A stretch of 64,000 bases of DNA from Phyllobates terribilis (Eukaryota). Location: NCBI RefSeq assembly GCF_046119375.1, contig NW_027362765.1, positions 223,510,001 through 223,574,000 on the forward strand, in the 5' to 3' direction. This document shows positions 37,801 through 47,100 of the stretch, piece by piece. Under the pieces are notes generated by a model. That model made no database searches. It was not told the origin of the DNA and saw only the letters and a list, made by a program, of their open reading frames with translations. Position 1 is the first letter of the stretch. Every line of letters starts with the position of its first letter. Both the position numbers and the translations under genes were made by a program.

Positions 37801-38178
37801 ACAGGTACGCCTCCTGCTCCGGTTTCTGCTGAGGACGAGTTTGAGGTAGAGAACATTCTTGCCACCAAAAGGGTAAGAGGAAAGACCTTTTTTCTAGTAG
37901 ATTGGAAGGGGTTTGGTCCTGAGGAGAGAACGTGGGAGCCCCGGGAGAACATCCATGCCCCTCTTATCCTAGCTAAAATTCTGTCTGGCCTAAAAAAGGG
38001 GGGGCCTAAAGGGGGGGGTACTGTACCGCCGGCGTCCCTGCCCTCTGCTAGGCAGGGACGCTGTTCCCCTCACCTCTCTGCTCCGTGCCCGGCGTCCTCC
38101 TCCCGCTCTGCTGGCAGCGCGCGCTCCTTCCCGGCCACTGTGCTTAGGGCGCGCGCGCGCGCTCTCCCTCCCTCTTAA
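34753..38178 (+). CDS. pol: Pol (protease, RT, RNase H, integrase, chromodomain), expressed as Gag-Pol by -1 frameshift; the frame ends inside the 3' LTR
   Basis: LDSGA; LRPCIDYRGLN and YLDDIL; DASS, TDHKNL, ADALSR; HHCC, MDF, SDRG, GQVE; chromodomain FEVENILA...FLVDWKGFGPEERTWEP; no internal stop. Confidence 0.96.
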   Translation, partial: GKRLCLGSLREVDLDKNKSSPSLLLSVSIVCGENRYFELAQLDSGAAGNLISQSLVEKYRIPTKPLAVPLSVAAVDGGLLPRPIQLITESITLQVGMLHSESISFHVLPGLSHALLLGLPWLQRHAPVLDWQTGEVLPWGQDCHKTCLVPVHPVRPSPTPANLPGLPIPYWSYADVFNKKEAETLPPHRPYDCPIDLLPGTTPPRGRIYPLSAAETRSMSEYIEENLARGFIRKSTSPAGAGFFFVKKKDGSLRPCIDYRGLNQITVKNKYPLPLIPELFDRLRGARIFTKLDLRGAYNLVRIRQGDEWKTAFNTRDGHYEYLVMPFGLCNAPAVFQELVNDIFRDLLYSCVVVYLDDILVFSPDLQTHRRDVRQVLLRLRQNHLFAKYEKCLFEQTSLPFLGYIISQTGLRMDPEKLSAIEKWPRPEGLKAIQRFLGFANYYRLFIPHFSSRTAPISALTRKGTNPKEWPPEAEEAFLSLKQAFSSAPVLHRPDGNKQFFLEVDASSSGAGAVLTQKSSSGRMVTCGFFSKLFSSSERNYSIGDRELLAIKLALEEWRYLLEGALHPVIIYTDHKNLAYLQHAQRLNPRQARWSLFFARFDFVLHFRPADKNVKADALSRSFLVSDLEEEPKHIIDPARVMQVAPVSLNRLPPGKTFVSVPDRKKILHWGHSSKLAGHAGQKKTLQLIARHYWWPTLHKDVIDFVSACVSCARNKVPRHLPADRLLPLPVPAAPWQHIAMDFITDLPVSAGCTVIWVVADRFSKMAHFIPLPALPSAPELAKDFIRHIFRLHGLPLHIVSDRGVQFTSRFWRATCKLLDVTLDFSSAYHPQSNGQVERINQNLTSYLRHFVNAHHSDWVDLLPWAEFSYNNHESESSSKSPFFVVFGQHPRIPFPVSTSVDNPAAESLVSKFSSIWESTRSALLQSSERMKRHADKKRLDPPQFRPGDKVWLSSKYVRLKIPSYKLGPRFIDPLEVISQINPVAYKLKLPANLRIPNSFHVSLLKPVVLNSFSKSTGTPPAPVSAEDEFEVENILATKRVRGKTFFLVDWKGFGPEERTWEPRENIHAPLILAKILSGLKKGGPKGGGTVPPASLPSARQGRCSPHLSAPCPASSSRSAGSARSFPATVLRARARALPPS
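37992..38021 (+). other. Polypurine tract
   Basis: aaaaaagggggggcctaaaggggggggtac directly before the 3' LTR. Confidence 0.85.
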
Positions 38179-39145
38179 AGGGGCCGCGCGCGCCGTCCTA
38201 AGGAGTCCCCGGCCAATGGCCGGAGGACTTCACCATATATAAGGCACCTCCTCCAAAATGGAGGTGCCCGAGCAATGTTGTTGCACTGTTCACTACTCTG
38301 CTTCAGCCCTCAGGTCCCGTTGCCAGTTACCTGCCAGATTCCTGCCAGATTCCTGCCTGATTATCTGCTACCTGCCTGCTAGTCTGAGGTCCGACGGTCT
38401 GCCTTCCAACTCCTGTCAGTCTGTCTATGGACCAGCTTGCCTGCTCACCTGGGAGCACACACCTGTTACCTGCCTGCTAGCCTACCTGGAGGCTCCGCCG
38501 TCACGTGCTGTGACCACCTGCCTGTCCAGTGACTCCTGCCCGCTCACCTGGGAGCGCTCATCTGCTGCCTGTCTGCTAGCCTACCTGGAGGCTCTGCCGT
38601 CACGTGCTGTGACCACCCGCCTGTCCAGAGACTTCTGCCCGCTCACCTGGGAGCGCTCATCTGCCGCCTGTCTGTTGGTCTTCCTGGAGGCTCCGCCGTC
38701 ACATGCTGTGACCATCCGTTCATCCAGAGACTCTCGCCTGCTCACCTGGGAGCTCACGTCTATCATCAGCAGCCACAGGTCGTACCAACCCTTTACCCAG
38801 AGACTGCCCCGGTCACTTGCCGTGACCATCTGCCCGTTCATCCAGAGACTGCCCCGGTCACTTGCCGTGACCATCTGCCCGTTCATTCAGAGACTGCCCC
38901 GGTCACTTGCCGTGACCATCTGCCCGTTCATTCAGAGACTGCCCCGGTCACTTGCCGTAACCATCTGCCCGTTCATCCAGAGACTGCCCTGGTCACTTGC
39001 CGTGACCTCCAGCCCGTTCACTCAGAGACTGTCCCGGTCACCTGCTGTGACTTCCTGCCCGTCTTCCCTGGTCGCCACCCGCTCCCTTACAAGGACCGCC
39101 CCCTTGTATAGTAGCTCAGAGGTTCCGCCTCCCAGACCCGTTACA
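38022..39145 (+). repeat. 3' LTR (1124 bp)
   Basis: Differs from the 5' LTR by an 11-bp indel, a 4-bp (GC)n indel and about six substitutions seen by eye. Confidence 0.97.
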
Positions 39146-39176
39146 CTGGTGTTGTGCATTATACTTTATGTAGGCT

Positions 39177-39240
39177 ACAGTGGGTACGAAAAGTATTCAG
39201 ACCCCTTTAAATTTTTACTCTTTGTTTCATTGCAGCCAAT
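39177..39240 (+). mobile_element. Tc1 terminal fragment
   Basis: ta-cagtgggtacgaaaagtattcagaccccttta, a Tc1-type TIR start. Confidence 0.6.
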
Positions 39241-39499
39241 GAATTCCCAGATTTTTCTGGGAATTCAAATTGATAAGGCTATTCAGTTCCTTATCAACAG
39301 GACGCAACCTAACACCTGGATTTATGACTCACTACATGGACACAATTCATACCTCCAGATAACTAAACATCCCCACTGCATCTCCACTTGCAACAAAAAA
39401 AAAACTAATTTGATCTCCTTGACTTATCAGTAGGAAGCATCACCCCCTCCACCTCATGAACAAATGTCATACTGTAACATCTCTTAAATGTTGTGCATT

Positions 39500-39612
39500 G
39501 TGTTTTATGTATTCATTTGTAATATTGCCTGAAGAAGGAGCCTCTGTGCTCTGAAAGCTTACATATACAGTATATTTTTTTCTGGTTAGCCAATAAAGGA
39601 ATCACTCCTAGA
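39500..39612 (+). mobile_element. Penelope-like element terminal remnant with a degenerate hammerhead-like motif
   Basis: cCTGAAGA-aggagc-ctctgt-gctct-GAAAGCTT ... ttagccaataaagg. Confidence 0.55.
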
Positions 39613-40058
39613 ATACTTTTGTCATTTTTGGACTTAAAAGTATTTACATAGATTGTCAGTTTCAATAATTTTGTGATTTATATCATCCAGTGATGTTTGT
39701 AAACTGTTAAACCTTTTGATCATATTGACATTCAATTGCTGTATTGTAGATGTCAGAAGGTCTAGTAAACACTTCTGTGATGCTGAAAGGTTTACACAGT
39801 GTTTAGTTGTTGGGAATGTTTGGGAAATATCACTAGGAATATTTTTAGGTAGGAACAGCAAGTGTGGAAGAGGGACTAGTACAGTCCATTTTAGGTCGTT
39901 GTTTATAAGGTGTCACTTTTGGTGAGTAGTCCTCTGAATCCTTATCTGTTTCTACTGAAGGTGATTTCTATTATCATTCTTCCCATTGGCAAGCTCTTTC
40001 CTTTTATTTCTTGACAGTGAAACCCCTGCAAGAAATGTCATGTCCAGATAAACTATTT

Positions 40059-41175
40059 GGCTATGTGCGCAAGATGCGTATTTGAAGCAGAAATTTTTTG
40101 TGCGTTTCTGCTTCTCCTTGGCAGGGAAAATACATGCGATTTTACATGCATTTTTGAAACGTTTTTTGATGCATTTTTTTGAAGCGTTTTTGTACATCAA
40201 TGAATGATTTTTGGAGCTAAATAAATTAATTTGGTGGGACAATGCTTAAACCTTGGATTACCATCAGAACTGGGGTGAGAATATTGGTTAATTTGAATGA
40301 TTAAATAATGTGTTTGTTGTAATTCAAATAAAGTGTTTGCTCTATTTCTGTGTGTTTATTTAACTCTTTACTTTACTTTAATTAAGTTTGGTAATGAAAA
40401 GGTCTGATTGACACCTTGTCATAACCAAACAAAAGAGCAAGATGTCAGCTAGTCCCATTCACCCAATCTTCATTAGCATTTCTATTCACGTAATGTATGC
40501 AGCTACTGTGAGCTACTATTTTTAGCCTGGGAAGGTGCCATTAGGCAAACATGGTCAGTGGCTATTAATAACATCTCACAGCTGGTTCGCTAGCCACTAC
40601 GTCCCCCGATCAGCACTCAGCAGTGCTTTGGACACAGCTTATTTTTGCTGCGTCCAAAATGTGGTGATCTAATGCCGCACTTTTGTTGTCGGTAAATGGG
40701 AATCCAGCTCATATAATGACACTTCAATCGGTCAAAATCTGCAGCGAAGACTGGCGTGTCCGCTACTGAAATTGACATGCTGCGGGTGAGTTTGGGTACG
40801 TGGCCACGATCGGGAGCCGCTGCAGGTTTGACTCTGCGTGTTTATACAGCGTCAAACCTGCAGCATCCAGATGATACAGCATAGTGGATGGGATCTCTAG
40901 AAATCCCATGACCATTATGCATGCATCAGAGGCTGTGAATCACCCATGGACACTGGCATGCGGCGCGTCTTTCAGGACCGCAGCATGTCAAACTCTATTG
41001 CGGAGTCGCTATTCTCCGTAACAGAAATTTGACCATTAGAAAGTATTGAATGCGGTAAATCTACATGGTTGAGTGAACACATGTGGATTTACCTGCGTTC
41101 AATAGAATGCAACGTTTTGGATGCAGCAAAAAATATGCATCCAAAGCGCTGCTACCGGATCGTTTGCACATAGCC
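40059..41175. mobile_element. Harbinger-like fold-back non-autonomous element, probably with nested repeat
   Basis: Ends ggctatgtgcgcaa / ttgcacatagcc; many tgcg/cgca motifs; TSD degenerate. Confidence 0.5.
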
Positions 41176-41179
41176 AAAC

Positions 41180-41960
41180 ATTTAAAAAAAAAATGACGTG
41201 GGCTCCCGCGTCATTTTTATAACTAGCAAAAGGAAAGCCGACCACTGGCGGCTGATATTAGTAGCCGGAGAAGGGGCCATTAGCCAACAATGTTCCCTGG
41301 CTATTAATATTTGCCCACAGCTGTTTGTTTAGCTTTTACTGGCTGGATTACAGGGGGACCCCAGATAAAATTGACGTAGGGTCCCCCTATAAAATCTAAC
41401 CAGCAAAGGCTAAACTAGACAGCTTCGGGCTGATATTAATAGCCAGGGAAGGGGCCATGGATACTAGCCCCCTCTGTGGCTATTAATATCACCCCTCAGC
41501 AGTCCCAGAAATTACACATCCATAAGATGTGGCAAATCTGGCGCTTAGCCTCCGCTCTTCCCACTGCCCTGTAGCGGTGGCGAGTGGGGTAATGGGGTTG
41601 GGGTTCACATCAGCTTTGTATTGGTGGCTGACGTGACGCCCAGGTTAGTAATGGAGGGCGTCTCCATTACTAACTGCGTAGTAAAATGGTCGCCGCTTTT
41701 TCAATAAAAGACATGACCAGAATAAAGTATTATGATGCAATAAAACACACAATTTTTTTTATTACACGCCTCTGCGAAGCCGTCGATCTCCTGAAAAAAA
41801 CGTAAAATTAAAAGCAACCATATTCCTAACCTGTCTGCCGTCAACGACGCAGTCCTCGTACCACCAAGTGTCCCACGACAGTTCGTGTCACTTCTACAGC
41901 AGTGACATCAGCCATCACTTAGGTCACTGCTGTAGAAGACAGCAATGTATACTGACAGGG
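41180..41960 (+). repeat. Interspersed repeat related to 6400-7000
   Basis: Shared ordered blocks (gctgatattaatag, gctcttcccactgccct, ggttagtaatgg...ccattactaac). Confidence 0.6.
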
Positions 41961-42036
41961 GTGTAAAATCACCCCCTGACAGTGTACATTGCTGTGCAGG
42001 ATACTGACGTCACCGCTCAGTTGATGGTCACGTGAC

Positions 42037-42759
42037 CAGCCATGCCCACCAACACCTGCCTGTCTGTAAACCAGCCGTGCCCACCAGCACCTACCCAGTC
42101 TGTCTGTTTACTAGCCATGCCTGCCTGCACCTGTCTGTCTGTATACCAGTCGTGCCTGCCAGTACCTACCTACCTGTCTGCATACCTGACGAATTTGCCC
42201 GCACCTGCCAGTGCTTATCCAGTCTGTCCTGGGCCCTACTCGTTCCTGTATTTCAGTCAGTCCTGGGCCCTACCCAGCCTGGCTTTGTATCAGCTGTGCC
42301 CGCCAGCACCTACCGTACCTGTCTGTATACCAGCTGTGCCCGCCAACACCTGCCTATCTGTATACCAGCCGTGCCTGCCAGCAACTACCCAGCCTATCTG
42401 TAAACCAGCCGTGCCCGCCAGCACCTACCCAGCCTGTCTGTATACCAGCCGTGCCTGCCAGCACCTACCTGCCTGTCTGTATACCAGTCGGATCTGCCCG
42501 CACCTGGTAGTGCTTATCTGCATACCAGCCGAACCGGCCAGTGCCTGCATACCTCGCTGAGGGTCACAACCGTACAGCCGTGTGTCCAAGGTCTGGTCCA
42601 CCTCCCTCGTCGCTCTTCGGACGGCGGAGTAATAAAGGCATCGTACATCTGTGTTCGGATTTGCTGAGGTCCCTAGTTACGCCCCTCCAGGCACTCCTTG
42701 GTCCCTGGCACAGTGGGACCACAATCCATGCTTGCGCTAAACTGAGCGCGAGCATAACA
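42037..42759 (+). mobile_element. 5'-truncated LTR related to the solo LTR at 17832-21699, with ~36-40-bp internal repeats
   Basis: ctagttacgcccctccaggcactc...cacagtgg matches the reverse complement of 17880-17920; AATAAA at ~42630; ends ...ataaca. Confidence 0.75.
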
Positions 42760-42869
42760 ACATCTAATGATGTTTGAAATAAATCAAATTTCTGATCTGG
42801 GACAAAATTTAATCCCTTGGATAAAACTTCTCTCTGTTCATTACTTGGTACTTTTGTTAGTAAGAAGTG

Positions 42870-43215
42870 TGTCACCCCAGGCCTGGATGGCACAAATATT
42901 AAAGGCTGTGTCTGAGAGCAGGAGGGAGGTTCCCTGGTCAGGGACAATTAGCATACAGCACCTCCTGTCCCAGGCCAGTAGGGGGAGCTGGCTGCCCCTA
43001 TAAAAGCTGGTACTGGGGGCAGGGTTAGAGAGAACTGGACGACCTAGCTCAGGACTGAGACTAGTCCCAGAGAAGGAGGGACAGTTCAGCTGCAGCCGAG
43101 GAGTCCGTGAGGCAGAGGAGAAGCTGCGAGCCAGGGACAGAGGTGACGAGAGCCGGTCCTGGCTGAGAGAACTACACTACCGGACATTGGGGTCCGAGGC
43201 TGTGAGGGTTGCAAG
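42870..43215 (+). mobile_element. LTR 5' portion interrupted by the hAT element
   Basis: Starts TGTCAC; TATAAAA at 42999-43005; sequence switches abruptly at 43216. Confidence 0.55.
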
Positions 43216-43590
43216 TAGAGATGAGCGTTGTTCGACTCGAACTGTTCGCCAATCTCAAATTCGAGCTGTTTTGGGCGGTGTTCGAGCCGTTCGGCGAACA
43301 CGAACGATTTGAGAAAAATTCGGCTGTTCGAGGTTATGTTCGATAACTGTTCGTGCACCAAAATCATAACTGGATTTTTTCTCAGTAATGATGAAAATTA
43401 ATGTTAACACGCAGTTTGAGTGTACAGCGGGGTGGGGGGAGGGGCAGGGGATGGATCTCTGCAGGAATAATGAAGATCTCCATTTTTTTTCTCTTTCCCG
43501 CATTTACAGTGGGGAGGTGCAATCTGTCAGCCTATCAGCAGCGCACACACGGAGCGAAGTGCTTTTTTTCACACAAGCAAGGGCATGTGT

Positions 43591-43660
43591 CATTGGCAGT
43601 GTATGTCACATGTCCTTGCCCTATAAGACCAAGCCATTTTCCCCGTCGCCACCATTTTCT
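43591..43660 (+). promoter_or_regulatory. Putative Pol II promoter of the hAT element
   Basis: Reverse CCAAT (cattgg, 43591), TATAAG at 43622, two CCATTTT (YY1-like) motifs just downstream; motif-level evidence only. Confidence 0.4.
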
Positions 43661-44130
43661 CACTGCTGCAGCTGCGTGTTAGACGGCACCGCTGTTGCTG
43701 TGTGCGCTATACCTTGTTAATTTCAAGCCAATTTTCGCACAAATCTACAGATAGCTTGGGAGTAGGGAATAGTTGTGATTGCAGTCCTTTTAAGGACTAG
43801 GTTACAGCATTTCCTACGACTTTTATCAGGCAGGTCTGTGCTCTTAAATAGATAGATTGTGGGAGTAAAGACTAATTGTAATTGCAGTCCTTTTCAGGAC
43901 TAGGTTACATCAGTTCCTATCAGTTTTTGCCAGGCAGGTCTGTGCCAGTGCTGTGCAAGTTTTTTTCACAGCATTTGGCTGAATCTAGCAAAGCTAATCC
44001 TTTTTGGCCTATTGCAGAGTGTGTTAGTCAGTGGAGTAGCCTATCTGTGTTGCAAGATATACCACCTGTGTATAGAATACCAATTTTTTTACTGCACCTA
44101 GTGAAGTAAAATCTTTTGGGCATAGCATCA

Positions 44131-47100
44131 TTCTATTAGTCCATCTATACTGACCTCCATCAGGTTGCAAATTGAATATAATTTTTTTCTGCATCTAGCT
44201 CTGAAAAAATATTTGGGCTTCTAGCAGTGTGTGGGACTTGTTCTATTAGTCCATCTATACTGACCTCCATCAGGTTGCAAACTGAATATATTTTTTTCTG
44301 CATCTACCTCTGAAAAAATATTTGGCCTTCTAGCAGTGTGTGGGACTTGTTCTATTAGTCCATCTATACTGACCTCCATCACGCTGCAAATTCAAAATAA
44401 TTTTTTGTCTGCATCTAGCTCTGAAAAAATATTTGACCTTCTAGCAGTGTGTGGGACTTTCTCTATTAGTCCATCTATACTGACCTCCATCAGGTTGCAA
44501 ATTAAAAATAATTTATATCTGCATCTAGCTCTGAAAAAATATTTGGCCTTCTAGCAGTGTGTGGGACTTTCTCTATTAGTCCATCTATACTGACCTCCAT
44601 CAGGCTGCAAATTAAAAATAATTTTTTGTCTGCATCTAGCTCTGAAAAAATATTTGGCCTTCTAGCAGTGTGTGGGACTTTCTCTATTAGTCCATCTATA
44701 CTGACCTCCATCAGGTTGCAAACTGAATATATTTTTTTTCTGCATCTACCTCTGAAAAAATATTGGGCTTCTAGCTGTGTGTGGGACTTGTTCTATTAAT
44801 CCATCTATACAGACCTCCATCAGGTTGCAAACTGAATATAATTTTTTTCTGCATCTACCTCTGAAAAAATATTTGGGCTTCTAGCTGTGTGTGGTACTTG
44901 TTCTATTAATCCATCTATACAGACCTCCATCAGGTTGCAAACTGAATATAATTTTTTTCTGCATCTACCTCTGAAAAAATATTTGGGCTTCTAGCTGTGT
45001 GTGGGACTTGTTCTATTAGTCCATCTATACTGACCTCCATCAGGTTGCAAACTGAATATAATTTTTTTCTGCATCTAGCTCTGAAAAAATATTTGACCTT
45101 CTAGCAGTGTGTGGGACTTTCTCTATTAGTCCATCTATACTGACCTCCATCAGGCTGCAAATTAAAAATAATTTTTATCTGCATCTAGCTCTGAAAAAAT
45201 ATTTGGCCTTCTAGCAGTGTGTGGGACTTTCTCTATTAGTCCATCTATACTGACCTCCATCAGGTTGCAAATTAAAAATAATTTTTTGTCTGCATCTAGC
45301 TCTGAAAAAATATTTGGCCTTCTAGCAATGTGTGGGACTTTCTCTATTAGTCCATCTATACTGACCTCCATCAGGTTGCAAATTCAAAATAATTTTTTGT
45401 CTGCATCTAGCTCTGAAAAAATATTTGGCCTTCTAGCAGTGTGTGGGACTTTCTCTATTAGTCCATCTATACTGACCTCCATCAGGCTGCAAATTAAAAA
45501 TAATTTTTATCTGCATCTACCTCTGAAAAAATATTTGGGCTTCTAGCTGTGTGTGGGACTTGTTCTATTAGTCCATCTATACTGACCTCCATCAGGTTGC
45601 AAACTGAATATAATTTTTTTCTGCATCTAGCTCTGAAAAAATATTTGACCTTCTAGCAGTGTGTGGGACTTTCTCTATTAGTCCATCTATACTGACCTCC
45701 ATCAGGCTGCAAATTAAAAATAATTTTTATCTGCATCTAGCTCTGAAAAAATATTTGGCCTTCTAGCAGTGTGTGGGACTTTCTCTATTAGTCCATCTAT
45801 ACTGACCTCCATCAGGTTGCAAACTGAATATATTTTTTTTCTGCATCTACCTCTGAAAAAATATTGGGCTTCTAGCTGTGTGTGGGACTTGTTCTATTAA
45901 TCCATCTATACAGACCTCCATCAGGTTGCAAACTGAATATAATTTTTTTCTGCATCTACCTCTGAAAAAATATTTGGGCTTCTAGCTGTGTGTGGTACTT
46001 GTTCTTTTAATCCATCTATACAGACCTCCATCAGGTTGCAAACTGAATATAATTTTTTTCTGCATCTACCTGTGAAAAAATATTTGGGCTTCTAGCTGTG
46101 TGTGGGACTTGTTCTATTAGTCCATCTATACTGACCTCCATCAGGTTGCAAACTGAATATAATTTTTTTCTGCATCTAGCTCTGAAAAAATATTTGACCT
46201 TCTAGCAGTGTGTGGGACTTTCTCTATTAGTCCATCTATACTGACCTCCATCAGGCTGCAAATTAAAAATAATTTTTATCTGCATCTAGCTCTGAAAAAA
46301 TATTTGGCCTTCTAGCAGTGTGTGGGACTTTCTCTATTAGTCCATCTATACTGACCTCCATCAGGTTGCAAATTAAAAATAATTTTTTGTCTGCATCTAG
46401 CTCTGAAAAAATATTTGGCCTTCTAGCAATGTGTGGGACTTTCTCTATTAGTCCATCTATACTGACCTCCATCAGTTTGCAAATTCAAAATAATTTTTTG
46501 TCTGCATCTAGCTCTGAAAAAATATTTGGCCTTCTAGCAGTGTGTGGGACTTTCTCTATTAGTCCATCTATACTGACCTCCATCAGGCTGCAAATTAAAA
46601 ATAATTTTTATCTGCATCTACCTCTGAAAAAATATTTGGCCTTCTAGCTGTGTGTGGGACTTGTTGTATTAGTCCATCTATACTGACCTCCATCAGGTTG
46701 CAAACTGAATATAATTTTTTTCTGCATCTAGCTCTGAAAAAATATTTGGCCTTCTAGCAGTGTGTGGGACTTTCTCTATTAGTCCATCTATACTGACCTC
46801 CATCAGGTTGCAAATTAAAAATAATTTATATCTGCATCTAGCTCTGAAAAAATATTTGGCCTTCTAGCAGTGTGTGGGACTTTCTCTATTAGTCCATCTA
46901 TACTGACCTCCATCAGGTTGCAAATGAAAAATAATTTTTTGTCTGCATCTAGCTCTGAAAAAATATTTGGCCTTCTAGCAGTGTGTGGGACTTTCTCTAT
47001 TAGTCCATCTATACTGACCTCCATCAGGTTGCAAACTGAATATATTTTTTTTCTGCATCTACCTCTGAAAAAATATTTGGGCTTCTAGCTGTTTGTAGGA

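Larger units (their letters stand above)
32677..39145 (+). mobile_element. Full-length Ty3/Gypsy chromovirus (Tf1/sushi-like) LTR retrotransposon, 6469 bp
   Basis: LTRs 32677-33807 and 38022-39145 with TG...CA; 5-bp TSD CTGGT; intact gag and pol; PPT. Confidence 0.98.

Noticed and set aside
39634-39925. ORFs possibly from a Penelope-like element N-terminal region
   Set aside because: No RT or GIY-YIG motif is recognisable; too short and degenerate to call
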